Assembly (NCBI GenBank): GCA_038064835.1
Contig: JBBTSD010000001.1
Location: 100,406-164,405 of the forward strand
DNA: 64,000 bases
Source: Patescibacteria group bacterium
Lineage (GTDB): Bacteria > Patescibacteriota > Minisyncoccia > Phycocordibacterales > UBA2100
Reading direction: 5' to 3'
Positions 28,287 to 37,929 of the stretch are shown here, piece after piece. A program made the translations under genes and the position numbers. The notes below the pieces were generated by a model, which saw only the letters and a program-made list of their open reading frames with translations, ran no database searches and was not told the DNA's origin. How positions within the stretch are numbered: the first letter of the stretch is position 1; each line of letters starts with the position of its first letter.

Positions 28287-28881
28287 TCACCATGTCATCC
28301 GTCCTGGGGTGGTTATCGTTGCAGGTCCTACGGGGGTGGGTAAGGACAGTATTGTCCGAGAAATTATCGCACAATGCGAGGGGTGTGTAGAACTAATCAC
28401 TGCCACGACCAGAAAGCGTCGCGAAAATGAAGGGCAGGGCGAATATCATTTTTTTACAAACGAGGTATTTGACAAGGCACTCGCCTCTGGTGAAATACCC
28501 GAACACTGGACACATCCAAGCGGTGCCCGTTACGGCACCTACTTGCCCTATCTCACGGAACAACTTGGAAAAGGGAAGGTGATTATAGGGGATATGAATA
28601 TTGTGGGGGCACGGTACATGAAGGAGAATCACCGCGCGCTGACACTATTTATTCTCCCTCCGGACTTCTCGGTGCTACGAGAACGAATAATCAAACGAGG
28701 GCGTCATGATCTTTCGGAAAAAGAGATAGATGCGCGACTTCGGCTTGCGCAGCAAGAGATTGCCGAGCACTCGCCTTGGTACGATTATCGTGTAATAAAC
28801 AGAGAAAACCAGCTCGATACTGCAGTGCAAGAAGTCCTTGAGATTCTGACAAAAGAAGGCTATTGTGTCAGTGATGTCTGA
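28267..28881 (+). CDS. Guanylate-kinase-like paralog with divergent P-loop
   Basis: VIVAGPTGVGKDSIVREI...TTRKRRENEGQGEYHFF. It overlaps the gmk stop and is a tandem duplicate. Confidence 0.55.
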   Translation: MKGMSFSHHVIRPGVVIVAGPTGVGKDSIVREIIAQCEGCVELITATTRKRRENEGQGEYHFFTNEVFDKALASGEIPEHWTHPSGARYGTYLPYLTEQLGKGKVIIGDMNIVGARYMKENHRALTLFILPPDFSVLRERIIKRGRHDLSEKEIDARLRLAQQEIAEHSPWYDYRVINRENQLDTAVQEVLEILTKEGYCVSDV

Positions 28882-29497
28882 AAATAATACTGCGAAAATT
28901 GAACGGCCCATCTCGGTCGTCTTTTTTGGTGTCTCGGGTTCTGGCAAAGGGACTCAAGCCATCCTTCTTGAGGATTACCTTGTGCGAAATACAGGCGAGA
29001 AGGTCTTGCGCCTTGAAATGGGAGAGCGACTACGGGGTTTTGCTGCGGGAAACAGCGATGCAAGCAGACGAGTCAAGGGCGTCATGGAATCGGGAAAATT
29101 GCTACCCGCATTTGTCCCGTCACATATGATGACCACTTTTTTTCTTGGAGAGTTTACCGGGTTTGAACACTTGATATTCGATGGCGTTGCACGGCGCATC
29201 GAGCAATCATCAGTCTTGGATGACGCTCTGGTTTTCTACGATCGGACCGACTACCAGGTGATCTCTCTCGAACTTTCGTTCAATGATGCACATGAGCGGT
29301 TACGACTGCGCGGGCGGTCCGACGAGGCGGACGAGGTGAAAATAAAAAGTCGTTTCGCATGGTACGAAAGCGAAGTACTTCCTGCACTCCATGAGCTCGA
29401 GAAGCGGGGGAGGAAAGTGCATCGTATTGACGCACGACCCGCAATCGAAGTCATTCACAAAAATGTGCTTACTGCATTAGGGTGTGAGATTACATGA
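28865..29497 (+). CDS. adk: Adenylate kinase
   Basis: FFGVSGSGKGTQA P-loop with an Adk-like LID region. Confidence 0.85.
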   Translation: MSVMSENNTAKIERPISVVFFGVSGSGKGTQAILLEDYLVRNTGEKVLRLEMGERLRGFAAGNSDASRRVKGVMESGKLLPAFVPSHMMTTFFLGEFTGFEHLIFDGVARRIEQSSVLDDALVFYDRTDYQVISLELSFNDAHERLRLRGRSDEADEVKIKSRFAWYESEVLPALHELEKRGRKVHRIDARPAIEVIHKNVLTALGCEIT

Positions 29498-30261
29498 TTA
29501 TCCGCGCCGATTTTGAACGAGAGGCGTTGCGCAAAGGAGGTGCGCGTTTGGCGACACTTCTGCAAAAGTTGGCAACAATGGTTGCGCCGGAGGTTTCGGT
29601 CATGAGCCTTGAGGCAGAAGCACAGAAACTGATTAAAGAAACGGGCGACACTCCAGCATTTTTAGGGTACCAACCGCACGGCGCAAAGCGGCCCTACCCT
29701 GCCGCGCTTTGCGTCTCGATAAACGACGCTATTGTCCACGGTATTCCAGAAGAAGGGACTGTCATTCAGGATGGTGATGTGGTGACTCTTGACTGTGGCT
29801 TAGTGCATGAAGATTTCATAACCGATTCTGCCGTTACGGTGTATGCAGGCACTGTATCTGAAGAAAAGAAACTGCTCATTCGGGCGACCGAAGAGGCGCT
29901 GGCCGCTGGTATCAATGCCGCACGCACTGGTAATCACATGGGTGACATAGGGTATGCAATCGAACGGGTGGGGAAAAAATATAGTCTCGGCTCACCGCGC
30001 GAACTTGGCGGGCACAGCGTGGGAAACGCAGTCCACGAGGAACCATTTGTACCCAACTTTGGTACTCCGGGGAAAGGCCCCATTCTTGAAGAGGGTATGG
30101 TAATTGCAATCGAGCCAATGTTTATGCTTGGTTCCAGTGGCATACGGCTTGATGCCGATGGCTATACCTATCGAACCCGCGACGGCTCCTGTTCCGCACA
30201 TTCCGAACACACGGTGATTGTTGGTGCACAGGGTGCGGAAGTGCTCACTAAGCGACCGTAA
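29494..30261 (+). CDS. map: Methionine aminopeptidase (type I)
   Basis: Pita-bread fold motifs. Conserved position after adk. Confidence 0.9.
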   Translation: MIIRADFEREALRKGGARLATLLQKLATMVAPEVSVMSLEAEAQKLIKETGDTPAFLGYQPHGAKRPYPAALCVSINDAIVHGIPEEGTVIQDGDVVTLDCGLVHEDFITDSAVTVYAGTVSEEKKLLIRATEEALAAGINAARTGNHMGDIGYAIERVGKKYSLGSPRELGGHSVGNAVHEEPFVPNFGTPGKGPILEEGMVIAIEPMFMLGSSGIRLDADGYTYRTRDGSCSAHSEHTVIVGAQGAEVLTKRP

Positions 30262-30282
30262 GCGCAGTGTATACTGAGCGAT

Positions 30283-33117
30283 ATGGAGCCGCGTTTTACA
30301 CCTCCCGTTGAAACTTCACCGTATGTGGCGCAACCACAGAAATTTCGTACCCCCGAAGAAGAGATTGCATATCTGCGTTCACGCATTGCCGAGAAAGAAA
30401 AAGAACTTGGTGCAAAGCCCACCCCGTTTGAACATGAGCGAATTGCAAAACGCGAGATTGTACAGTACGGAGAGGAAACCCCAAGCCAGGTATTGCACGA
30501 AACAGTCATTGTTGCCGAGCATGACGCGATGCGACAAGCGCTTCAACTAGAACCTGAAGAGCATGATACTCAGGTAGACGAACTGCTCCAGTTTGTTTCC
30601 GAGCGAGGCGTACGAAATGCTCTATCTGTTGCAGCGAAATTAAACAATGCGCACATCATGGACGACTTGCATCGTGCACTGGTGCGTTACATTGCCGAAG
30701 GTCTTCCTGTGGGTGGAAGTGTGCTCACTAATCCACTCGAATCAGGACAGACATGGCGCGCATTGCATATGACACTGTATGAAGTACAGCCACAAGGAGC
30801 ATTCAAAGAGGAAGATCAACAAAAAGGACTTGAGCAGATGCTTAAGTCGATGGAGCAGTTATATGCAGGGTTGCTAGCTATTTCTAGCGGAAATACTGAG
30901 AGCAAACACAATGTCTTTTCGCTCGAAATTGCTGTGGCCCAAGGGTCAGAGGACGCGGTATTCTACATAGCCGTTCCTAGTAAGAAGAAGGATCTTTTCG
31001 AGCGCCATGTGCTTTCCATTTTCCCGAACGCTCGCCTTATCGAACGGCGTGGAGATTACAATCTCTTTGATCATGACGGCTATCACAGCGCCGCGTATGC
31101 CACACTGGCCGAGCACCCCGCGCTCCCGGTACGGACTTACGAGGAATTTCAACATGACCCGATGAATGTGCTCTTGTCTGCCTTTTCAAAACTCAAAAAA
31201 CACGGCGAAGGTGCAGCACTGCAGATTGTGGTGGGGAACGAAGGTGACCGCTACAACAAATACTACAAAAAGATTCTTGGCGAACTGCACAAAGGAAAAA
31301 AGTTTAAAAAAGCAATTAAAGTAGCGGAGTCCAAAATAGGACAATTGCTGGACGATGCGGCAAAGGGGCTATTTCAGAGCGGAGAGAAGAAACCCGAAGA
31401 AAATCATGGTGAACAAGAAATGACCGAGCGCGTTGGGAAGAAATTAAAATCACGGATCGTACCCGTCAATATACGCATCGTGGCTTCGGCGCAAAATGAA
31501 GGCAGGGCACGGGACATATTGGCAAATTTGGCCTCGACTTTCAATCAATTCGAAGATCCCCAAGGCAATCACATTCTTTTTAAAGAAGCGTCTCGATGGA
31601 CTTTGCAGGGTGTTTTGCATAACTTTGTGATGCGTATTCCCGAGCACTCCCGAGCACTCCCGCTGAATTTTTCGGAGCTGACCACTCTGTACCACCTGAC
31701 CGCTGAAGGGGTGCGCACTAGTCGCGAACTCAAGCAGTCGCGAGCAAAGCAGTCGCCCGCACCTACTGATATGCCGGAAGAAGGAATTGTGCTCGGCTTC
31801 AACGACTTTGGCGGCGAGAAAAAAGACATCTACTTCAGCAAAGAAGATCGCCTGCGCCATCTGTATGTCATCGGGCAAACAGGTACCGGTAAGACCAACA
31901 TCCTTAAGAACATGATCATCCAAGATATTAAGAATGGCGAAGGTGTGTGCTTTATTGATCCACACGGCTCTGATATCCAGGATATTATTGCGTCGGTCCC
32001 ACCCGAGCGCGAGAAAGACCTCATCTACTTTGACCCAGGGCATTACGAGCGACCCATGGGACTCAACATGCTTGAGTACGATCCAAAATATCCGGAGCAA
32101 AAAACTTTCCTTGTAGACGAGATGCTCGGAATTTTCCGGAAGCTATACAAGGATGTCCCCGAATCTGTCGGCCCCGCATTCGAACAGTACTTCCGCAACT
32201 CCGCACTCTTAGTGATGGAAGATCCATCCACAGGAAATACGATGGTGGATATTACGCGTGTTTTCGCAAACGAACAATTCAGAAATCTTAAAATATCGCG
32301 ATGCCCCAATCCGCTCGTGGTGCAATTCTGGCGTGACATCGCCACGAAAACGCAAGGTGAACAATCCCTTGAAAACTTCGCGCAGTATGTAACCAATAAA
32401 TTTGACATCTTTCTAGCGAACGAAATTATGCGACCGATTGTTGGACAGGAGAAGTCAGCCTTTGACTTCCGAGACATTATGGACAACCGCAAGATATTGC
32501 TCATCAATCTCGCGAAGGGTCGTCTCGGCGAGATGAACTCATCACTCCTCGGGCTCATCTTTGTGGGCAAGTTTCTTAACGCAGCACTCTCGCGTGTAGA
32601 TTTGGTCGGTCGGGCAGATATGCACCCGTTTTATATGTATATTGACGAGTTCCAAAACTTCACCACGCCATCAATCGCTACAATCCTTTCCGAGGCGCGC
32701 AAATACCGACTGGTGCTCAATGTGGCACACCAATTCATTGATCAGCTGACCGAAGACATTCGCGACTCTATTTTCGGCAATGTGGGCACAAAATGTGTGT
32801 TTCGTGTAGGCGAGAAAGATTCCGAGTTTTTGGAAAAGATGTTCCAGCCAGAGTTTAAGGCAACCGACATCATGCACCTTAACAACTTCAACGGATATAT
32901 GTCGCTTTTGGTGAAGGGGAAGCCGGTGAAGCCATTTAACATAGAAACCTACCCGCCTCCAAAAACTGATTTTGGCCGTGTGGACACATTGAAACATATG
33001 TCGTACGAGAAATTCGGTCGGCCGCGCGAAGAGGTCGAAGCCGAAATCAAGGCGCGATATACGACGAAGCCATTACCGATCGGCAATCTGGGGGCTGAAT
33101 CCTACGGTTCATTTTAG
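30283..33117 (+). CDS. Large (944 aa) P-loop NTPase of the TraD/VirD4/HerA-like (AAA_10/DUF87-type) class with a roughly 500-aa N-terminal helical domain
   Basis: Walker A VIGQTGTGKTN, Walker B FYMYIDEFQNF, and CFIDPHGSD. These are typical of FtsK/HerA/TraD coupling-type ATPases. The N-terminal half has no recognisable motif. Confidence 0.5.
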   Translation: MEPRFTPPVETSPYVAQPQKFRTPEEEIAYLRSRIAEKEKELGAKPTPFEHERIAKREIVQYGEETPSQVLHETVIVAEHDAMRQALQLEPEEHDTQVDELLQFVSERGVRNALSVAAKLNNAHIMDDLHRALVRYIAEGLPVGGSVLTNPLESGQTWRALHMTLYEVQPQGAFKEEDQQKGLEQMLKSMEQLYAGLLAISSGNTESKHNVFSLEIAVAQGSEDAVFYIAVPSKKKDLFERHVLSIFPNARLIERRGDYNLFDHDGYHSAAYATLAEHPALPVRTYEEFQHDPMNVLLSAFSKLKKHGEGAALQIVVGNEGDRYNKYYKKILGELHKGKKFKKAIKVAESKIGQLLDDAAKGLFQSGEKKPEENHGEQEMTERVGKKLKSRIVPVNIRIVASAQNEGRARDILANLASTFNQFEDPQGNHILFKEASRWTLQGVLHNFVMRIPEHSRALPLNFSELTTLYHLTAEGVRTSRELKQSRAKQSPAPTDMPEEGIVLGFNDFGGEKKDIYFSKEDRLRHLYVIGQTGTGKTNILKNMIIQDIKNGEGVCFIDPHGSDIQDIIASVPPEREKDLIYFDPGHYERPMGLNMLEYDPKYPEQKTFLVDEMLGIFRKLYKDVPESVGPAFEQYFRNSALLVMEDPSTGNTMVDITRVFANEQFRNLKISRCPNPLVVQFWRDIATKTQGEQSLENFAQYVTNKFDIFLANEIMRPIVGQEKSAFDFRDIMDNRKILLINLAKGRLGEMNSSLLGLIFVGKFLNAALSRVDLVGRADMHPFYMYIDEFQNFTTPSIATILSEARKYRLVLNVAHQFIDQLTEDIRDSIFGNVGTKCVFRVGEKDSEFLEKMFQPEFKATDIMHLNNFNGYMSLLVKGKPVKPFNIETYPPPKTDFGRVDTLKHMSYEKFGRPREEVEAEIKARYTTKPLPIGNLGAESYGSF

Positions 33118-33155
33118 GTTGCTCAGAGTCCTGTTTTTGTGTACAGTGCTCCTCT

Positions 33156-33746
33156 ATGGCACACCCAATAAAAGAGGAAAAGACTTTTGTATTAGTAAAG
33201 CCCGATGGCGTGCGGAAAGGACTTATCGGTGAGATTATCCGTCGTTTCGAACAACGCGACCTCAAAATTGTCGCCCTTGAAATGTTTCAGCCGACAAAAC
33301 AAATGATCGATGATCACTATCCAAAGGATCAGGCTTGGATTACTCGCGTAGGTGAGAAGACTCTCGCGACCTACGAAAAGTACCACATGGACCCTATCAA
33401 GGAACTGGGTTCGAAAGATCCGCTCAAGCTCGGGAAGATGGTGCGCGGTTGGCTCGTTGACTACATGATTTCTGCGCCGTTAGTGCGCATGGTAGTGCAG
33501 GGCGTGCATGCGGTAGACATGGTACGCAAAATCGCAGGCCCTACGATGCCGTACATCGCTGATATGGGCACTATTCGCGGCGATTTCTCGATGGACTCTC
33601 CGGCAGTGGCAAATGCCGAGAAGCGTCCAGTGATGAATATTCTCCATGCATCAGAGACCGCAGACGAAGCGGCTCACGAGATTAAGCATTGGTTTGGCAA
33701 GAAGCCTCCTGTGTATAACTACAAACGACACGGAGTGGATGAATAG
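33156..33746 (+). CDS. ndk: Nucleoside diphosphate kinase (long form)
   Basis: FVLVKPDGVRKGLIGEIIRRFE. Confidence 0.8.
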   Translation: MAHPIKEEKTFVLVKPDGVRKGLIGEIIRRFEQRDLKIVALEMFQPTKQMIDDHYPKDQAWITRVGEKTLATYEKYHMDPIKELGSKDPLKLGKMVRGWLVDYMISAPLVRMVVQGVHAVDMVRKIAGPTMPYIADMGTIRGDFSMDSPAVANAEKRPVMNILHASETADEAAHEIKHWFGKKPPVYNYKRHGVDE

Positions 33747-33776
33747 GTTCTGTTATACTGGTGCTCCAGTAATCCA

Positions 33777-34643
33777 ATGATTCTCGAGAAAAGACCACGC
33801 GATTCCGATGACCCCTCCCAAGGACACAAGGGTTCTCCTCTGACAAATGGACACGAGCATACTTCGGGCATCACCGTCGAGGTCATCACCGATTCTGAAA
33901 CAATAATCAATGAGGAGGTGTTGCGTGTGCGTTGGTATCTCGATGACTGGAAAAGGTATAAGGCGTTAGGCTACGATAGCGTTATTCGCTTGCCTGGCGG
34001 CATTGATCCGGAGCGAGATGAAGGTGTGATTAGTGATGAGGACATCAGGAATGCTGTTGCCGCTGATTTTGCAACAAACCATACCTTCTACGAGACATTT
34101 TCTCGGCGCTTTGAACAGGCCTGGCACACTATTACAGATGTGGTGTTGCCGGTGGCACATACGGTGTATGGTTTTTCCCCTTCAGGTCATTTCAAGGTTA
34201 TGGGCACAGCATATGGGACAGGTGGAGGAGCATTACAGACGGGAGGTGTTGTTTTCTTCAAGCTTCCTGAGTATCGTCTCACCCCCGTGCGGCGTACAGA
34301 TATAGAGGGTGTTGTGCACGAGGTTCTTAACCATGAAGCTACGGCGGGGTTGCGGAAAGATACAGGTATGGAGGATTCTATACACGCGAAGCACCACTGG
34401 CACAAAGAGCGGCTCATGGATCTTTTAGGCAGAACACTTTTGGTGCGCGCCGGTATTATGATGCGCAGTGATGTAGTCATGGATGACTACGCTGAAGAGC
34501 AAGCTGGCGACTTGGTCGATAGGCTTTATTACGCTCACCCAGATACTCCTTCAGAGGACGATTTGTTATACGAGGGGCGTCTCGGAGAGCTCGTTCAAGC
34601 TATAGATGATGGTTTGCGTCTCACGGTCGCTCCTCCCGCATAA
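33777..34643 (+). CDS. Hypothetical protein
   Basis: 288-aa ORF with an acidic N-terminus and no recognisable motif. Confidence 0.35.
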   Translation: MILEKRPRDSDDPSQGHKGSPLTNGHEHTSGITVEVITDSETIINEEVLRVRWYLDDWKRYKALGYDSVIRLPGGIDPERDEGVISDEDIRNAVAADFATNHTFYETFSRRFEQAWHTITDVVLPVAHTVYGFSPSGHFKVMGTAYGTGGGALQTGGVVFFKLPEYRLTPVRRTDIEGVVHEVLNHEATAGLRKDTGMEDSIHAKHHWHKERLMDLLGRTLLVRAGIMMRSDVVMDDYAEEQAGDLVDRLYYAHPDTPSEDDLLYEGRLGELVQAIDDGLRLTVAPPA

Positions 34644-34685
34644 CAGACCCCTGTTGACTAGTCCTCAAGGGAATATTCCAACAAG

Positions 34686-34709
34686 TTGTGCACAGGTGCG
34701 GACGGGCAG
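34686..34709 (+). repeat. 25-nt direct repeat, copy 1 (gttgtgcacaggtgcggacgggcag), upstream of mntA
   Basis: Identical except for 1 nt to 35771-35795. Both copies are followed by (ag)aaagtgc. Confidence 0.5.
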
Positions 34710-34766
34710 GGGGTGCGAGCAGAAAGTGCAATAGACTCAGCTCTTGTTTCGAGCTACGATACTCGA

Positions 34767-35180
34767 ATGAACGAAATGGATACTAAAACAATGGTGGATG
34801 CAGTGCGTCCGATTGCGGAGCGAGCGGGCCTTTCACTGGTCGTGCTTTTTGGCTCGTACGCAACAGGACGGGAGCATGCGCAGAGCGATACCGACATCGC
34901 TGTACTTGCTGAGAGGACTTTTTCACCCAGTGAGCTCGCGACGCTCGCGTACGAACTTTCACAGAATCTCAAGAATTCCTCCATAGACATCTCCGATCTA
35001 CGCACGGGGTCGCCACTTCTGCTGCGTACCGTCGCGCATGATGGAATCGTTTTGTTTGAAAGAGAGCCTCATGCGTTTGCCCTCTTTCAGATGTACGCAT
35101 TCAAGCGTTTTGTGGAAGCGAAACCTCTGAGAGATTTGCGTAGGGCATCGCTCGAACAATTTGTTGCACCAACACTATGA
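34767..35180 (+). CDS. mntA: Minimal nucleotidyltransferase (MNT) antitoxin
   Basis: LFGSYATGREHAQSDTDIAV (GS...DxD Pol-beta-type NTase motif). Start at ATG 34767, because the listed TTG extension would cover the upstream repeat. Confidence 0.65.
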   Translation: MNEMDTKTMVDAVRPIAERAGLSLVVLFGSYATGREHAQSDTDIAVLAERTFSPSELATLAYELSQNLKNSSIDISDLRTGSPLLLRTVAHDGIVLFEREPHAFALFQMYAFKRFVEAKPLRDLRRASLEQFVAPTL

Positions 35181-35599
35181 TGGACATCGCCATTCTCGAA
35201 AGCAAGCTTGCCGACCTTCAGGCGTTTTACAAAGAAATCGTCGTCATAGTATCGGAAGACTCTCTCGACATTATTGCCGACTCACTCAAGCTCCACAGTG
35301 TCGAGAGACTTTTCCAGCTCATTGTCGATACGGCTATTGATATAAACACACATATCATAAGCACCTCAAATGGGGCGGTACCTGATGACTACCAAAGTAC
35401 ATTTATGGTACTTGCCGAAAGAAACATTCTTCCAAAAGAGTTTGCACTACGAATCGCACCATCAGTCGGATTACGAAATCTCGTGGTGCATCGTTACGGA
35501 AAAGTGGACATAAAACGCATGATCGAAGACATCAAAAAGGAGATTGGGCAGTACCAGGAGTATGCAAGGTACATCGTTTCTCATCTTCACCGAGAGTAG
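35177..35599 (+). CDS. hepT: HepT / DUF86 HEPN-domain toxin
   Basis: RNLVVHRYGKVD (Rx4HxY HEPN motif). 4-nt overlap with mntA. Confidence 0.65.
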   Translation: MMDIAILESKLADLQAFYKEIVVIVSEDSLDIIADSLKLHSVERLFQLIVDTAIDINTHIISTSNGAVPDDYQSTFMVLAERNILPKEFALRIAPSVGLRNLVVHRYGKVDIKRMIEDIKKEIGQYQEYARYIVSHLHRE

Positions 35600-35616
35600 C
35601 TACTCACAGGGTTTAT

Positions 35617-35705
35617 CAAGAGGCCACCAGAAGTAAGGTTTCTGGAGTGCACTCCAAGGCCGTTAGGCCGGTCTTACACTCCAGAAACCTTACTTCTGGT
35701 GGCCT
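35617..35705. repeat. 89-nt near-perfect hairpin (about 30-bp stem) immediately after hepT
   Basis: aggccaccagaagtaaggtttctggagtg-cactccaaggccgttaggccggtcttaca-ctccagaaaccttacttctggtggcct. Confidence 0.5.
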
Positions 35706-35770
35706 TTACTCAGTGGTGAGAGGGGTTTCCGCCGAGAATCTTGACGCCCCAGTCTCTTGTTTTCCAGCCT

Positions 35771-35795
35771 GTTGTGCACAGGTGCAGACGGGCAG
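35771..35795 (+). repeat. 25-nt direct repeat, copy 2 (gttgtgcacaggtgcagacgggcag), downstream of hepT and the hairpin
   Basis: See copy 1. Confidence 0.5.
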
Positions 35796-36069
35796 AAAGT
35801 GCTACCATTTTTACAGGTGAGGGCATTGAACCTGCTTGGCGATTATAGGGAGCTCCAAGGAAGATGCATGCCGTGGTATGCACCCCGGGCACCCACCTGT
35901 CACAAAGATCAGGCGTCACTATGCTCCACCTCGAGAGGGCCCCACTCTGTGCGCGAGTATCGCGAGCAGGGTGGGGCCCTTTCCTTTATCTACACCCACC
36001 TTGGCTCTTCCACATGTTCCTGTTAGGGTGTGATTAGACAAAGTGCTTCTTGGCACATAGGATGGGAAG

Positions 36070-36543
36070 ATGACGAAGCGATTGTTTTTCGCCGGTACGA
36101 GTATACTTGTGCTTACGCTCGCGGTGCATCTCTATGCCCAGACAGGCAAGCTTTACTGGCAGGTATGGTGGCTCGATATACCCATGCATTATTTCGGAGG
36201 CATCGGGGCGGGATTCTTTGGGCTCTGGTTCGCGTCTCTCTTGGGTGTTCTTCCGCGCACGGGCGATGCCTCTAGTACGCTCTGGGGTGTTGAGATTCGA
36301 TTTCCACAAGGTGTGCCACGGTGGTGGTCTTTACTGTGGACACTGATTGCGGTTGCAATCATCGGCATCGGGTGGGAGATGCTCGAAGTATTTCTCCTGG
36401 CCTATTTCGATAAACCTATCCCTTTTGGCTACATTGAAGACACACTGAAAGATCTTGTTATGGATACTCTTGGTGCAACTACTGCCTGGGCGGCTTTTCA
36501 TCGTGTACAATGGCAGGCATGGTTGTTGCGGGAGGCACACTAA
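36070..36543 (+). CDS. Small integral membrane protein
   Basis: 157 aa with 4 predicted TM helices. Confidence 0.4.
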   Translation: MTKRLFFAGTSILVLTLAVHLYAQTGKLYWQVWWLDIPMHYFGGIGAGFFGLWFASLLGVLPRTGDASSTLWGVEIRFPQGVPRWWSLLWTLIAVAIIGIGWEMLEVFLLAYFDKPIPFGYIEDTLKDLVMDTLGATTAWAAFHRVQWQAWLLREAH

Positions 36544-37910
36544 CGCAGACGACACTCACTTTTTGCGGAGGCACCGGTTCAGTAACTGGTGCTAATTTTT
36601 TACTCGATACCGGAGTAGAGAAAATTCTGGTCGATTGCGGTCTCATCCAGGGTGCGAGTTTTTGTGATGAACGCAATTGGGTGCCCTTTGTCTACGATCC
36701 GCACGAAATCGGCACGCTGTTTGTAACCCATGCTCACACCGATCATATTGGACGAATTCCGCGTCTCGTGCGCCTGGGCTTTTCAGGTGTCATCTACTCC
36801 ACGCTCGCCACGAAAGATATTGCCGAACTCATGTTTGAAGATGCGCTCAAAGTGATGCGAGAAGAAGAAGTTCGTCACGGTAATATGCATGGACTGCTCT
36901 ATGAAATGAGTGATGTAAAAAAAGCACTTTCGTTGTGGCGTACCGTACCGTATCACGATTCCATAAAGCTCGAGGGAGGTATGCATGCACGGCTTTTAGA
37001 CGCAGGGCATATCCTCGGGTCGGCCATGGTTGAATTCTCGCGCGGTGGGAAGAAGTTGCTCATGACAGGAGATTTGGGTAACGAAAATGCACCATTGGCA
37101 CGCCCGACAGAACCTATTACAAATATCGACTATATGGTTATGGAGAGTGTCTACGGCGACAGAAACCATGAGAATACTACGCAACGGAAAGACATTCTTA
37201 AAGACGCAATCCAGGAAACTACTCGCCAAAGTGGGGTCCTTTTGATACCAGCGTTTTCAATTGAACGCACGCAGATCATTCTCGCTGAGATTAGTCACTT
37301 GTTGCGAGAAAAAAGCATCGCTCCCATTTCTGTATACCTCGACTCACCACTCGCAATACGGTTGATGAGGGTGTACCGTGCTCATGCGCGTGATTTGAAT
37401 GACGCAATTCGTGCACGGTTTGAGCACGGCGACGACCCATTCTCGTTCCCAGAGCTTTCAATTACCTCACGAGTCTCTGAGTCAAATACTATCTATTCGA
37501 GTGCAAATCCAAAGGTTATTGTCGCTGGTTCAGGCATGTCTCATGGTGGGCGAATCCGACAGCATGAAAAGCACTATCTCGGTGACAAGAAAACCACTAT
37601 TCTTTTTCCGGGGTACCAGGCTGTGGGGTCCTTGGGGAGGCGACTGGCCGAAGGGGCACGAAGTGTGCGCATTGATGGGGAATGGGTGCGCGTCCGTGCG
37701 CGAATTCGCCAGTTGCAGGGCTACTCGGCACATGCAGATATGGATCAACTGATTGCCTTTGTTGAGCAGGTGGCACCATCAATTCGAAAGGTCTTTGTTG
37801 CCATGGGTGAACCAAAGTCGTCCTTGTTCCTGACACAACGACTGCGCGACTTTTTAGGCGTTGATGCCTCGGCGCCAGGTGTTGGGGAATCTCACACACT
37901 CGACATCTAG
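36510..37910 (+). CDS. MBL-fold metallo-hydrolase with beta-CASP domain (RNA-metabolising, CPSF/RNase J-like)
   Basis: HAHTDHIG (HxHxDH) plus a beta-CASP-like C-terminal half (SAHAD). Confidence 0.6.
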   Translation: MAGMVVAGGTLTQTTLTFCGGTGSVTGANFLLDTGVEKILVDCGLIQGASFCDERNWVPFVYDPHEIGTLFVTHAHTDHIGRIPRLVRLGFSGVIYSTLATKDIAELMFEDALKVMREEEVRHGNMHGLLYEMSDVKKALSLWRTVPYHDSIKLEGGMHARLLDAGHILGSAMVEFSRGGKKLLMTGDLGNENAPLARPTEPITNIDYMVMESVYGDRNHENTTQRKDILKDAIQETTRQSGVLLIPAFSIERTQIILAEISHLLREKSIAPISVYLDSPLAIRLMRVYRAHARDLNDAIRARFEHGDDPFSFPELSITSRVSESNTIYSSANPKVIVAGSGMSHGGRIRQHEKHYLGDKKTTILFPGYQAVGSLGRRLAEGARSVRIDGEWVRVRARIRQLQGYSAHADMDQLIAFVEQVAPSIRKVFVAMGEPKSSLFLTQRLRDFLGVDASAPGVGESHTLDI

Positions 37911-37929
37911 CAAGTGCTACACTAGAGCT

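Noticed and set aside
34686-34766. TTG-initiated N-terminal extension of mntA (MCTGADGQGVRAE...) from the ORF track
   Set aside because: The extension is encoded by the 25-nt direct repeat and its insert. The same repeat downstream of hepT is non-coding, so the start at ATG 34767 is preferred.
35600-35800. Integron attC-like site for the hairpin/direct-repeat pair
   Set aside because: No GTTRRRY / RYYYAAC core sites at the hairpin boundaries and no integrase nearby. Kept only as a generic cassette-like geometry.
36030-36346. ORFs 36030-36275, 36034-36309 (-) and 36107-36346 overlapping the small membrane protein gene
   Set aside because: These are alternative frames of 36070-36543, which has the coherent TM-helix pattern.
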